Source: an uncultured virus (IMG/VR IMGVR_UViG_3300025603_000008) (taxonomy: Duplodnaviria; Heunggongvirae; Uroviricota; Caudoviricetes). From it: DNA of 64,000 nt. The notes under the pieces are model-generated. The model had not been told where the DNA came from, did not search any database, and worked only from the letters and a program-made list of their open reading frames with translations. The stretch is from IMG/VR virus record IMGVR_UViG_3300025603_000008, one strand, 5' to 3'. The position numbers were made by a program, and so were the translations under genes. Below, in pieces: positions 8,893 through 19,030 of this stretch; position 1 is the first letter of the stretch; each line of letters begins with the position of its first letter.

Positions 8893-10944
8893 ATGACGCA
8901 AATCAGCCAGCTTCCAGAGATTATAAATCTCAAAAATAAGTTCGCTTTCACATATGAAAAAGAAGAAGAAGACCACTTTCATTGCAGGTGTGGAAATCAC
9001 TTCTCATCGGATATTGATGAATTTAACTCCTTAGATAACGTTACTGATTTAGTGCAGGACGACCAGAAAGAATACTTAGAAGAGTTTTCAGAGATGTTCA
9101 ACGACATTAAAATGGCTATACACCAGGGAACAACGTGCCCTAAGTGTAAAACAAATTATGTCCACCCATTAGATAAAAAATACTTAGTGAGCGAGGGTCA
9201 AACGTTTGCATCAGGGTTCCACACGGACACCGACGCAGACAACCTCTTCATTTACTATTATCACGTGCGATTTGTAAGAGATGACGAAGGGTATGACACA
9301 GCTGTCAAATATAAAAAACTCTCATTTAGCAAAATCGATAGTTCGGCCACTTATAAAAGCATAGACTCAGACGAAGAGTTCAAAATAGACCTCAGTGATA
9401 TTACCTCAGTGTGTCAAGACTTCTTGTCGAGAGATTCCGAATACGTTATTGGTCTTCATAATCTTCACCACTTCATAAACTCTCTAGCGAACTTTGTTCC
9501 TGATGCTGATTCAATTCACGTCATGCAAGAGATTATCTCTAAAATCAGAGGAAGTAAAGACACAGGGTTCGGAGAGCTTCAGAAAGTCTTGTCGATATTC
9601 ATGGCAGTTAGACTCTATAGTAACCTGTCCACTGTGGCCATCACTAAAGGAGCCGAGTTCCTGTATGATGTAATGGTGAAATGCCATCTTCCATCGTTGG
9701 AAGAGATTCAAGCAGCAGAAGTCACATCACCATTGGCAATATTTAACTTCCTCATAAAAAACTATATCGACCAAGTCAATGACGACATATCTGGGGAAGA
9801 TAGAAACGTTAGAGACTTTATCTACAAGACAGACGTAGAAATGAAGCTTGAGGACCAGTCCGACGATAGCTCAGAACTAATTGTTTCCCACGGTGACGAG
9901 AAGGAGATGACTATAAAAGTTCGAAATCAGAGGGCTTATGAAAAAGCTCTTCAACTTGCCCGTGCACAGCGTGGACAGAAAAAAGGTGATATGAACGTAA
10001 AAGAGGCGATTGAGGATGGTGCAATCTCTAAGTTTATCTTTAAACGAATAGACTCATTTAAAGAATACGAAAAGCTTATTAGATTTTTCAAGTTCATAGA
10101 CAAGAAGAAACTAATCTCGTTGATGCAAAAGCATCCGAAAGAATTCTTAGTGGCGATTATTGACAGAATTTATCACAGAAGAGAATGTGATGAAAAAGAG
10201 ATGACTCAAATATTTAATATCGTCATTTCGTTTGTACAGGAAGAATCTAAGAAGCATGCGTTCGTTGACGAAAAAGGAGTCATCCAAGAAAGCTTGGACT
10301 ACAGAGTAGTAGAGGACTTTGATTTTGCGTTTTACGACGATGCCATTATGGCTATCGAGTATCTATACCGAATTGTAGACGAAGAACATAAGAAGAATTT
10401 TGTAAGAAGCAAATTCTTCAATAAAATAAAAAAATATGATGCGCTCGTTAAATTCCACGACGGAATTATGACTCAACAAAACTATTTCTCTAAATCAGAG
10501 GAAGGAAACAACGGCGCACTCACAGAGATTGTCGATAAGTATAGAATCTTAGAGGAGCTACCGCCAGAGTATGAAGGAAAAGTTAGAATCAAAATCCTCG
10601 ACACGTTTCATGATTTTGTTCAAGAAGGACAGGAAATGGACCATTCAGCTGGGCGATATGCACAAAAAACCCTGGATGACGAAATGCTGGTTTGCAAGTT
10701 GCTTGTATCTGGAAAACCAATTAAACAAGGGGAGCAACTAAGGTTCACTTTGGGCTTGACAATAGATTACTATGATGGAATTGTATTTGACGCCTTAAAA
10801 GGGAAAAACAATACTCACGCATCCGACAGAGTCATTAAAGAAGTGCGAGACTGGTTAGAGATGAAAGGAATAGCAATCAGACGAATCACAGACATTAAGT
10901 ATCGAGGAGATGACACTCTCGACTTATCAAATATTGAGCTATGA
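8893..10944 (+). CDS. PcfJ-like domain protein with N-terminal Cys/zinc-ribbon region
   Basis: C-terminal EGQEMDHSAGRY..RFTLGL..KGKNN resembles PcfJ-like domain; HCRCG and CPKC N-terminal. Confidence 0.6.
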   Translation: MTQISQLPEIINLKNKFAFTYEKEEEDHFHCRCGNHFSSDIDEFNSLDNVTDLVQDDQKEYLEEFSEMFNDIKMAIHQGTTCPKCKTNYVHPLDKKYLVSEGQTFASGFHTDTDADNLFIYYYHVRFVRDDEGYDTAVKYKKLSFSKIDSSATYKSIDSDEEFKIDLSDITSVCQDFLSRDSEYVIGLHNLHHFINSLANFVPDADSIHVMQEIISKIRGSKDTGFGELQKVLSIFMAVRLYSNLSTVAITKGAEFLYDVMVKCHLPSLEEIQAAEVTSPLAIFNFLIKNYIDQVNDDISGEDRNVRDFIYKTDVEMKLEDQSDDSSELIVSHGDEKEMTIKVRNQRAYEKALQLARAQRGQKKGDMNVKEAIEDGAISKFIFKRIDSFKEYEKLIRFFKFIDKKKLISLMQKHPKEFLVAIIDRIYHRRECDEKEMTQIFNIVISFVQEESKKHAFVDEKGVIQESLDYRVVEDFDFAFYDDAIMAIEYLYRIVDEEHKKNFVRSKFFNKIKKYDALVKFHDGIMTQQNYFSKSEEGNNGALTEIVDKYRILEELPPEYEGKVRIKILDTFHDFVQEGQEMDHSAGRYAQKTLDDEMLVCKLLVSGKPIKQGEQLRFTLGLTIDYYDGIVFDALKGKNNTHASDRVIKEVRDWLEMKGIAIRRITDIKYRGDDTLDLSNIEL

Positions 10945-10980
10945 TTAATTCAAGTTTTTTTTGGTTTAAATCAGAGAAGC

Positions 10981-11343
10981 ATGCAGGGAATATCTGAAAA
11001 AGACTGTGTGTTCAAGTATGATAGACAAGGAAATCTCTATGAATACATTGAATACAAGTGTGGGGAAATAAAGTACGCTTACCATTTCACAGACAACACT
11101 CTGAAAAAAGTCTATCGCAATCATGAAGACGATGGTGAGATTTACCGCGAGTTAAAATCCGTAACCATTTTTCCTGATGGAGGAGTTTTGCTCCATCAGT
11201 TTTTTGATGGAGCAAGTAGAGTGGTGGTTAGAACTCCAGAGGGAGATTACCTGCCGCCTTTGAAGCGAATGGAGAAAAGTGATGGGAATTACACTGGATA
11301 CTCAATAAAGCCTGAGTTGATTAAAAAATGGATAAACACATGA
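10981..11343 (+). CDS. Hypothetical protein
   Basis: 120 aa ORF. Confidence 0.6.
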   Translation: MQGISEKDCVFKYDRQGNLYEYIEYKCGEIKYAYHFTDNTLKKVYRNHEDDGEIYRELKSVTIFPDGGVLLHQFFDGASRVVVRTPEGDYLPPLKRMEKSDGNYTGYSIKPELIKKWINT

Positions 11344-11364
11344 ACATTTAAGTCTCTGATTAGA

Positions 11365-11604
11365 ATGACTCGAAAATACGAAGCCCAAATAGAAGCACTC
11401 TTATCCGACCTCTTCCGAGAGGGTTCGATGGATAAAAAAGATTGGGAGCAATTTCGAAGAACAATATTCACTAAAAGTGGTATAACATATGATGAGCTTG
11501 AGAAAAGCCTTGACAAAGGTGTTGAAGAAGGATTCACCCTCAAGCAGCAACTCATCATCCTCAGAAAACAGTTTGGAGACCTCAAAGATGAAACTGACGA
11601 TTGA
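11365..11604 (+). CDS. Hypothetical protein
   Basis: 79 aa ORF. Confidence 0.55.
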   Translation: MTRKYEAQIEALLSDLFREGSMDKKDWEQFRRTIFTKSGITYDELEKSLDKGVEEGFTLKQQLIILRKQFGDLKDETDD

Positions 11605-11722
11605 ACTCGTTCCATCCACTGCTTGGTTTACCAACGTTAGGAGCGAAGTGTCGAAAGCTAAGTGGGACAAGATAAGAAGAAAGTCATACAAGCATGCGGA
11701 TTACAAGTGCGAGATTTGTTAC
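11588..11722 (+). pseudogene. Truncated HNH endonuclease (N-terminal part)
   Basis: MKLTIELVPSTAWFTNVRSEVSKAKWDKIRRKSYKHADYKCEIC, then similarity ends and the frame runs into the next gene's promoter. Confidence 0.6.
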
Positions 11723-11781
11723 GCCAGTACAGCTGTTTGGTTTCATCTAATTCGCCCTATTTACTATAAAGCGCTTTATAC

Positions 11782-12249
11782 ATGGGAAAATCTATCAAAA
11801 AATTCTTGCTGGAATCTATGTCTGAATGGGACAATGGCTACAACCACATATCTGAAGATACTGTTGGAGGTGTAGAACATGTAGCATTTGACAAAGATGA
11901 TGATTACATCCGTATTGATTTTTCAACCAACTTTGGAACCAAAGCCTCTATAGTTACTTCGTTTGCGAAGTTTAAAGAGTGGTTTAGCTCTCTAGAAGGC
12001 GAAAGCAAACCTCCTTACAAAAAATTCATTAAAGATTTTTTGAAAACATCTTCCGAACAAGAAGGCGAATTAGAAGAGGTTATTGATGACAATGGGAACA
12101 TAATGGGAGATGATGACCAACCGCCTAACACCACAAACTCAATGATAGGAACATCCACCTGGGACCTTGACAAGGTGTATCAGTCCTCAATCCCTAAATC
12201 GATTAGACACTATTCAGGAAGCATGGGCATAGGGATGGTGACATGGTAA
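11782..12249 (+). CDS. Hypothetical protein (putative late/virion)
   Basis: 155 aa; CTATTTAC at 11757; N-terminal IKKFLLE. Confidence 0.7.
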   Translation: MGKSIKKFLLESMSEWDNGYNHISEDTVGGVEHVAFDKDDDYIRIDFSTNFGTKASIVTSFAKFKEWFSSLEGESKPPYKKFIKDFLKTSSEQEGELEEVIDDNGNIMGDDDQPPNTTNSMIGTSTWDLDKVYQSSIPKSIRHYSGSMGIGMVTW

Positions 12250-12941
12250 CCAAAGACATCGTCTATAACAGACTAACCAAACAGTTTGCATTAGTTAAAG
12301 AGTTTACAAATAACTTTACAAAAGGAGTCAGAACAGGCGCAGGACTATGGCCAGAGGGAGAATACATTTTACTCACTCCTGAGCATAGAAAGAAATTTGA
12401 AGAGTACGTAAATAATCTTATTACAAGCAATGAAAGTTGGAACCGCCCTAGCAAGGATTGGGTAGAGTGGGTATTTGAGGAAGTCCCATCAAGCGAAGGA
12501 TTGAGTTATGGGTTTAACGAAAGCAATATGAAAAAAAAAGAAAGAACAGAAACTCTCGCAGAGCAAAGACTTAGAGAGGAGTACGAAAAAATGAAGAAAT
12601 GTGCTGTTCATGACCCTGGGTCAGAGAATAGAGCTAAAATAGATGAATCACAATACTCGACTCCTGCATCTGTAGGCATGCACCGTGGACGTAGTGTGAA
12701 TTCTCTTGTGGACGATTACGAGCAGAAGCACGGAGGTTCTAATTCAGTTGCTACCTCAATTAAACCAGCAGAAGCATTAGACCTCGCGATTAAAAGGACA
12801 TTAGCATCTGGTGCCCCTATTAATAACATGGGTTTTTATGATGAAATAAACTGGCATCTAAAAACGCTTGGAAACCCTGCACAGCTTCCAATTGCAATTA
12901 AAGAAACATTAAACAAGCTTTTGAAAAAAGGCATTGAGTAA
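12243..12941 (+). CDS. Hypothetical protein
   Basis: 232 aa ORF overlapping the previous stop. Confidence 0.7.
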   Translation: MVTKDIVYNRLTKQFALVKEFTNNFTKGVRTGAGLWPEGEYILLTPEHRKKFEEYVNNLITSNESWNRPSKDWVEWVFEEVPSSEGLSYGFNESNMKKKERTETLAEQRLREEYEKMKKCAVHDPGSENRAKIDESQYSTPASVGMHRGRSVNSLVDDYEQKHGGSNSVATSIKPAEALDLAIKRTLASGAPINNMGFYDEINWHLKTLGNPAQLPIAIKETLNKLLKKGIE

Positions 12942-12945
12942 TTAA

Positions 12946-14721
12946 ATGAGATTCGAGAACTTATCATATGATGAACTACTTGAAGTAGCAGAGTGGGGTT
13001 TGACTGGGGTTTACGAATCTAGCGGGTGTTGGGATGAGGCTAATTCTTTGGATGAGGCAAAAGAATGTGCTGTTGAAGATTTTCATCAGTCTATAAAAAG
13101 CCTTTGGCCTCATGGGTTTGGTGACACCCCCTCAAATCCATTAATTTATCGCCTTATTGCAATGAAGCCAGGGGAGAAGTTAAATGAAACCAATTTAGGA
13201 ATCAGCTGGTACTCAAATCCTAAACAGCATGAAGAGCGTGCATTTTGGGACATGCTTACACACATTAGCCCTAGGGAGGTAAAATTAAGAGGAGATATTC
13301 TCTATCGGCTAACTGCAAAGATTAGCAGTGATGACATTGACACGGCAGTTTCTTTATGGGAGAGAAGCACGCAGTTTTGGGAAAATGAAATAGCATTAAA
13401 GCATTCAGCGAAACCTAAGCTCGTAAAATTAGAAACCTATGACCAAGTTATGTCTTTAACCGAAAATACAACAGAGTACAGTATGACTCAACAGGATTTT
13501 TATGCAAAAAACAACATCGACCCCGACTCAATCAGTTGGGCGGGTAAGGGAGATTTTGGTGAGGCATATTATGTCAATGGAGACCGAGTTTTAAAAAAAA
13601 CAACGGCTGTAAGCGAGTTTGATATAGCTAAGCGGCTTATCGGAGACACCTCTCCTGTATTTAAAGTGTTTGCAGATATTTATGCTGCCGAGCTTGTTGA
13701 AGGAGAAAAGTGGATTTTAATGGAGGAGTTAGAAATTGACTCTGAAATAGAGGATTACTACTATCAAGTCAGCAGCTACATGGAAGAGCAAGGGTTGCCT
13801 ATTCAGTATACACACTCAATGGACTGGGACGAAACAGACGCCCCAGACGATGTGAAAGAATTCGCAGACCAACTAGATGATATCAATAGAGCATTTCGCG
13901 CATTAGGCATTGAAGCCTCTGATATGCGTCCAGAAAATATGGGCTACGATAAAAATGGTAAACTAAAGGCGTTTGACCTTCATGATAGAAGTATTGGTGA
14001 AATTCGTAATTTCATCAGAGAAGCTTTGCTGGAGCGTTTTGGCTTCAATAATAATAAGTCTTTTTCTCCGCCAGAAAACGTAAAAAGCACTGTTCGTCGC
14101 GCTATCTCTAGTGGCGGCCAAACTGCTAATGGAGGTAACGAGGGTAGTGGAGTAAGAAAAGCCCAAGACCTTGCGGACGGAGGAATTCAAACGCATGCTC
14201 AAATGAAGCGTCTAAAAGCATTCTTTGACAACAATCAAGCTGGAAGTCCAGAGTGGGATTTACATGGCGGTAATGCCGCTAAAATGTGGGTAGATAGAGC
14301 TTTGGCTGGAACTCACGACAGTAACATGCGAACTAAAGAGCATATGCGAAGAGTTGGTGGTGGTGGATATGGGATGAACGATGGTATGGGCTCAATGTCA
14401 GCAACCATGATGAAAACCAATAACTCAAGAAACCACTCGGTTTGGACTAAGGCAAAGAACGCAACACAAAACAAAAAAATAATGAACAAAAAGAAGAATA
14501 TTCAAGAAACGCTAAGATTGCAGCTCTTGTCAAAGATAATTACAGAGGAGCAGTTTGAAGAGAGAATGGAAAACCTCCTCTCTGAAGATGCTCAAGTTGA
14601 AGAAAAAGTTGACTTCGTAAGATTTCCAGACAAACAACTGAGACGACAATTATTGTCTAACATCATCTCTGAAGAGCAGTACGATAAAAAAATAAGTGAA
14701 AAAGACAATTTAAACTCTTAA
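12946..14721 (+). CDS. Multidomain polyvalent-type protein: ART-like domain, kinase-like domain, further phage domain, C-terminal repeats
   Basis: IYR..GISWYS..WENEI (R-S-ExE-like); GKGDFGEAY..VLKKT..DMRPENMG..KAFD (kinase-like); two LRxQLLSxIIxEEQ repeats. Confidence 0.65.
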   Translation: MRFENLSYDELLEVAEWGLTGVYESSGCWDEANSLDEAKECAVEDFHQSIKSLWPHGFGDTPSNPLIYRLIAMKPGEKLNETNLGISWYSNPKQHEERAFWDMLTHISPREVKLRGDILYRLTAKISSDDIDTAVSLWERSTQFWENEIALKHSAKPKLVKLETYDQVMSLTENTTEYSMTQQDFYAKNNIDPDSISWAGKGDFGEAYYVNGDRVLKKTTAVSEFDIAKRLIGDTSPVFKVFADIYAAELVEGEKWILMEELEIDSEIEDYYYQVSSYMEEQGLPIQYTHSMDWDETDAPDDVKEFADQLDDINRAFRALGIEASDMRPENMGYDKNGKLKAFDLHDRSIGEIRNFIREALLERFGFNNNKSFSPPENVKSTVRRAISSGGQTANGGNEGSGVRKAQDLADGGIQTHAQMKRLKAFFDNNQAGSPEWDLHGGNAAKMWVDRALAGTHDSNMRTKEHMRRVGGGGYGMNDGMGSMSATMMKTNNSRNHSVWTKAKNATQNKKIMNKKKNIQETLRLQLLSKIITEEQFEERMENLLSEDAQVEEKVDFVRFPDKQLRRQLLSNIISEEQYDKKISEKDNLNS

Positions 14722-14731
14722 CTAAGGCTTA

Positions 14732-15319
14732 ATGGCTCAAGGCACCGTAAATGAGGTTCGACGTGCTATACGAAAAGCGCTTCTAGAGATTGAGTTATCT
14801 GATTTTTCATTGGATGACAACCTAAATCTTTATAGAGGTGAAAAACGTCTGTACTCGCCTGATTCCAAAAATGACCTTATTCGGTTTTTAGCATTTAATA
14901 TTCCTGCATTGGTGGCGCACTTTGGTTTGGACCAAGCTCCTGCTAAACGTTCACCCTCAAATCTCAACTCCAAACTTCTCAGTCGACAAGTATTTACTCA
15001 GGCTGAGATGGTAAAGCTAGGTGGAAATTATCATCTGGAGCACGGGCTTTTAATGATGATACCCGTGGATAAAATAGACGGCTTGGACCCAACTCCTGGA
15101 AGCTGGTCAGATGACGAAGGAAACGAATATGAATTCCAGAAGGGCGTTGATTTATTTGATGCGAAACCCATCGAGGTCCATTACGATTCTGACCAAGACT
15201 TGTTTATGCTCTATGATGGTAATCATAGAGTTACTCAGGCAAAATTAAACCAAGACCAATACATTAAAGCGCTTGTTCAAGCAACAAAGCAAGACTATCA
15301 AAGATGGCTTCAGAAATAA
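14732..15319 (+). CDS. ParB/Srx-like domain protein with N-terminal packaging-like motif
   Basis: KPIEVHY..LYDGNHRV; N-terminal EVRRAIRKALLE. Confidence 0.65.
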   Translation: MAQGTVNEVRRAIRKALLEIELSDFSLDDNLNLYRGEKRLYSPDSKNDLIRFLAFNIPALVAHFGLDQAPAKRSPSNLNSKLLSRQVFTQAEMVKLGGNYHLEHGLLMMIPVDKIDGLDPTPGSWSDDEGNEYEFQKGVDLFDAKPIEVHYDSDQDLFMLYDGNHRVTQAKLNQDQYIKALVQATKQDYQRWLQK

Positions 15320-17517
15320 ACTCCATACGAAAACTTATCAGAGAAGTCTTAGAGGATTATCATAATCATCCAGACATTGTTGCTATATCCAAAAGTAAAA
15401 ATGGTATTAGCCTTAGCTCTGGAGAGGTTACGTCAATCAAGTGTGATAAATCAAAGTCAAATAAGTGTGAAACTAATGTCTTTCATTACATTCACAACAG
15501 GCCTAATGAAAATCTGTATCCCGTAAAGGGATACGCTTTTGAAAACGATTTCCCCATTGAACACTGGTGGGTTTATGATGCCGATAAAAAAGAATATTTT
15601 GACCCAACCCCAGGCTCTAGCTCTTTTGGAAGGTATGTAGGAATAGTTGGTGTGGATACCAAAGACGAAATTCATAAAACAAAAGCACCTTGGCACGAGC
15701 CAGAGAGAGGCCTTAATCCATTCGATGTAGACTTCTTTAGAAGTGGAAACATTAAGTCGTATCTTCAAGAAAATACTACCCAAAACATTTATTATCATGG
15801 CGTAGGCCCTAAGGGAAAGTTTGCTTCTTTTGATAAATCACAAATAGGCTCCACCAGTGGGAATGATGGCCATTTTGGTAAGGGATTTTATTTTACAGAT
15901 ACAGAATCAAAAGCCAGAAGCTTTTCAGAATTCTTCGGAGGAACTGGTGAAGTTCTTTCTGTACGCTTGGATATGAAAAACCCTTTTTATGTCAACGAAA
16001 GCAGCCTTGTGCGTATTGGAGAAAAATATAAATTAAATCTCCCAAAAAAAACAGTTGTAGCTATTGACCTTAAAGACTTGCTTCTGCAATTAAAGACAAA
16101 AGACATTGTCGCTTTTAATCTTCTTGCATCTATCACTAAAAACAAAGACCATAGCCGTGGGTGGGAAGAGTTTAAAACTAAGCACCCTGACACATACGAA
16201 GGAGAAACAGGCTTAGACCTAAACATTGTGTCTGACTGGTACGAAGAAACTCAGGGCACCAGATACGGAAGAGGAGTAAACGATTTCTCAGTAGAAGAAC
16301 TTCGAGAGATTGGGATTGAGCCCAAACTGATTTACGACTTCGAAGAAGACGTAAGAATGGACTACCTTACCGACTTGGGCCAAAATTCAGATGATTGGAC
16401 TAACGCGATAAAACAAGAAGGGCACGATTCGATAATAGCAGGTGATGAGATTGTTGTATTTGAATCTGAGCAGATTAAAATAATCGAGGCTGAGAGCTTG
16501 TCGGAACAAACTGGGTCTGACGAAGCCATTCAGATGTACACTGATGTTGTCGACTTGAATCCAAAGGCTGAAAAAAATCAGAAGTATATCGATTTGTTGA
16601 AGACTAAATACAATTATAAATACATTCCTCCTGAGAAAAGATATAAAGAAGAAAACAATATCATTGATAAATATAATGGTATAGGATATATTGCGACAAC
16701 TATAAAAGGGACTCCAATAGCAATCTCAATATTTAAGACACCAGGTTTACATCGTTCTTTAACTATCAAAGCCTCAACTGAGAATTTAACACCCGTTGGG
16801 AGAGTTGGTTTTAATATTGACTCTAAATCAAACACATTAAGAATAGGAGGAGCTGAAGTAAATCAAAAATACCGAAGACAAGGGATATATACCCTGCTAA
16901 TTAAGGTTGTCCAAAAAATTTCATCTGACAATGGGTTTCAAATTTCAAAAGAAGGTAGAAGCGACGATGCAAAAGCTTTTTGGTCAAGCATAGACGAAAA
17001 TGTTTCAAGCAAAAGCCTAAGCAACTATAGAGGTGAAAATATTCGCATAGAAGAATTAATTGAATCAATTGAGGCAAGTTTAGGCATAACTCTAAAAAAA
17101 ACTCGCCGTACAAACGATGGATGGATAAGCGAAGGTCAAGGCTTTATGTGTAAAGTCACAATGAGCAAAATAGAAGCGGAAACCAGTAATTACTTTCACC
17201 AAAATCCTCTTCCATTTGTGGCTAAAATAATGGCTGTTTACAAAATTAATAACCCTCAGGGAAATGGTTTATACCTAAGAGACTACCCAATAGATATAGG
17301 CAATTTCTATGTCGTTATAACTCAAAAATTAAACACGGGAAAAATAGATAAAAAAGATTTCTATGAACTTAAAAATAAGTGCGATGAGATTGGGTTAACT
17401 GATACACATTACAAAAACACTGGTTATGACAGCGAAGGGAATCTTTTGGTTTTCGATTTAAAGTCAGACACCACACTAAGTCCTTTAACTAAAAGCTTAA
17501 CCTTTAATAAACGGTAG
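15304..17517 (+). CDS. Multidomain polyvalent-type protein: Cys-His-Asp domain, ART-like, GNAT, kinase-like
   Basis: KCETN..EHWWVYD..YFDPTP; YYHG..FGKGFYFT..GDEIVVF; EVNQKYRRQGIY; DTHYKNTGYD..LVFD; junctions LQE, LSE, IDE. Confidence 0.65.
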   Translation: MASEINSIRKLIREVLEDYHNHPDIVAISKSKNGISLSSGEVTSIKCDKSKSNKCETNVFHYIHNRPNENLYPVKGYAFENDFPIEHWWVYDADKKEYFDPTPGSSSFGRYVGIVGVDTKDEIHKTKAPWHEPERGLNPFDVDFFRSGNIKSYLQENTTQNIYYHGVGPKGKFASFDKSQIGSTSGNDGHFGKGFYFTDTESKARSFSEFFGGTGEVLSVRLDMKNPFYVNESSLVRIGEKYKLNLPKKTVVAIDLKDLLLQLKTKDIVAFNLLASITKNKDHSRGWEEFKTKHPDTYEGETGLDLNIVSDWYEETQGTRYGRGVNDFSVEELREIGIEPKLIYDFEEDVRMDYLTDLGQNSDDWTNAIKQEGHDSIIAGDEIVVFESEQIKIIEAESLSEQTGSDEAIQMYTDVVDLNPKAEKNQKYIDLLKTKYNYKYIPPEKRYKEENNIIDKYNGIGYIATTIKGTPIAISIFKTPGLHRSLTIKASTENLTPVGRVGFNIDSKSNTLRIGGAEVNQKYRRQGIYTLLIKVVQKISSDNGFQISKEGRSDDAKAFWSSIDENVSSKSLSNYRGENIRIEELIESIEASLGITLKKTRRTNDGWISEGQGFMCKVTMSKIEAETSNYFHQNPLPFVAKIMAVYKINNPQGNGLYLRDYPIDIGNFYVVITQKLNTGKIDKKDFYELKNKCDEIGLTDTHYKNTGYDSEGNLLVFDLKSDTTLSPLTKSLTFNKR

Positions 17518-17552
17518 TCCTTTGTTATGAATTGATGTTTGATTATATTGTG

Positions 17553-17577
17553 CAACACAACACAACACAACACAACA
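17553..17577 (+). repeat. (CAACA)5 tandem repeat in a 5' leader
   Basis: Five perfect CAACA units ending 2 nt before ATG 17580. Confidence 0.85.
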
Positions 17578-17579
17578 AC

Positions 17580-18137
17580 ATGGACACAACAGAGTCAACA
17601 CAGAGTTTTTCAGACATGGTTTTTTCTAAATTAGATAACACCGCAATTACACCAGACATTCCTTACGAAGTTCCTTACATGGATGCAGATGATGAAATGC
17701 ATGCAATTTCAGCTTTCATTAAAAGAAGATGTGCCCACAACCAAGACATTGAAATCAGCCGAATTAAGTTTCTTTACTCAAACAAACCAAAGAAAGACGG
17801 GGGCAAGTTTGTAGCGGGATACATTATCGCTCGAAGTGAAATCGAACAAGTTGTAGACGACAGATACGACTATGTGATTTGCGTATTTGCACCAGTGTGG
17901 GCAGGACTTGACAGTAAGCATAAAGTGATTCAACTAGATAAGCTTCTTTGTGGAGTTAATGTTGAAGTTGACTTACAGCAGCAGCGTAAAGTTAAAAAGA
18001 ATCAAACAGATGTTCGTGAGTTTTTAAACAATGTCAATTATTTCGGAGCAAACGAGGTGATGCAGAGTTCAGAGATTGTAGACCTGGCAACCGTACAGGC
18101 GATGGAAGCCATTAAAGAAGCCAAGAAGAATGGATAA
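17580..18137 (+). CDS. Putative phage metallopeptidase-like protein lacking HExxH
   Basis: IKFLY..KKDGGKFVAG..YDYVICVFAPVW..L pattern; LDKLLCG where DHELxH would be expected. Confidence 0.5.
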   Translation: MDTTESTQSFSDMVFSKLDNTAITPDIPYEVPYMDADDEMHAISAFIKRRCAHNQDIEISRIKFLYSNKPKKDGGKFVAGYIIARSEIEQVVDDRYDYVICVFAPVWAGLDSKHKVIQLDKLLCGVNVEVDLQQQRKVKKNQTDVREFLNNVNYFGANEVMQSSEIVDLATVQAMEAIKEAKKNG

Positions 18138-18447
18138 TATCAGAATCCTACGTCAGGTATATGACGACTGTGAAGCTGAGAGAGTCTTACACTACGACAG
18201 ACTTAGCAGAACTCTGAATAACTCCGATTTAACTAGAGACCCAATTAGAGAAGTAAAAGCTTTTATTGAACAAATTGTTCGACTGGAGCGCTCTCAAGAA
18301 GTTGCTGTTAGGTTTATGACTCAAATTCAAGAAGACACAGCGAAAGCTCAACAAAAACAAGAACAAGAACAACATTCCCATGAAGACGGCTCAGAAGATG
18401 AACTGGAAGATAATTCAGACGGAACGGAGGAAGAAGACGGAAAATAA
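18130..18447 (+). CDS. Hypothetical protein with acidic tail
   Basis: 105 aa, coupled to upstream gene. Confidence 0.65.
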   Translation: MDNIRILRQVYDDCEAERVLHYDRLSRTLNNSDLTRDPIREVKAFIEQIVRLERSQEVAVRFMTQIQEDTAKAQQKQEQEQHSHEDGSEDELEDNSDGTEEEDGK

Positions 18448-18689
18448 TGGCGTGGGTCCTGAAAATCATTTTAATACTTTTCCTAGCTGCATGTGGATTT
18501 TGTTTCAATTACATCTTTAAAGATTGGAATGGAATAAGAAAAACAGATGGCTTCGGAGAAATCACTCCTTTTGAGAGAATCAGGTTTCACTTGGTGTTCT
18601 TCATGATTTTTAGCGCCCTGTCTTCCCTGTCTGTGTTTTTGTTGCTTATAATCACTAGCAAGATTGAACTTACATTTTTGCAATGGTAA
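18447..18689 (+). CDS. Small two-TM membrane protein
   Basis: 80 aa with two hydrophobic helices. Confidence 0.6.
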   Translation: MAWVLKIILILFLAACGFCFNYIFKDWNGIRKTDGFGEITPFERIRFHLVFFMIFSALSSLSVFLLLIITSKIELTFLQW

Positions 18690-18991
18690 AATGGTGGAAA
18701 CATTCAAAACTAAGATTCTACTGGTGTAACACCAGGTGGAACTATCAATTTTGGCTTCACGCGAAGCCAATCTACAGAGAGCATAAGTACACAGTCGACG
18801 AGGGTCTGGATTTAGACCAGACCCTCAGCGACGCTGTGATGAAAGTTAAAGTTAAAAGGACAACCAAAACCCAAAGGAGGTTTATTGGATTTTTTTATAA
18901 AAACCAAATCTATCAAGACAACCCTGGGATTCAAGGTCAAGACGCAGAGACTTGGGACGCTTGGATTCAAAAAGGGCTGGTTAAAGCGTAA
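18683..18991 (+). CDS. Hypothetical protein
   Basis: 102 aa ORF. Confidence 0.55.
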   Translation: MVKWWKHSKLRFYWCNTRWNYQFWLHAKPIYREHKYTVDEGLDLDQTLSDAVMKVKVKRTTKTQRRFIGFFYKNQIYQDNPGIQGQDAETWDAWIQKGLVKA

Positions 18992-19016
18992 CTTTTTTGG
19001 TTTGCATACGTATATT
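18988..19016 (+). promoter_or_regulatory. Class A promoter
   Basis: GTAAC-N16-CGTATATT. Confidence 0.75.
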
Positions 19017-19030
19017 AACAAAATTGACCT

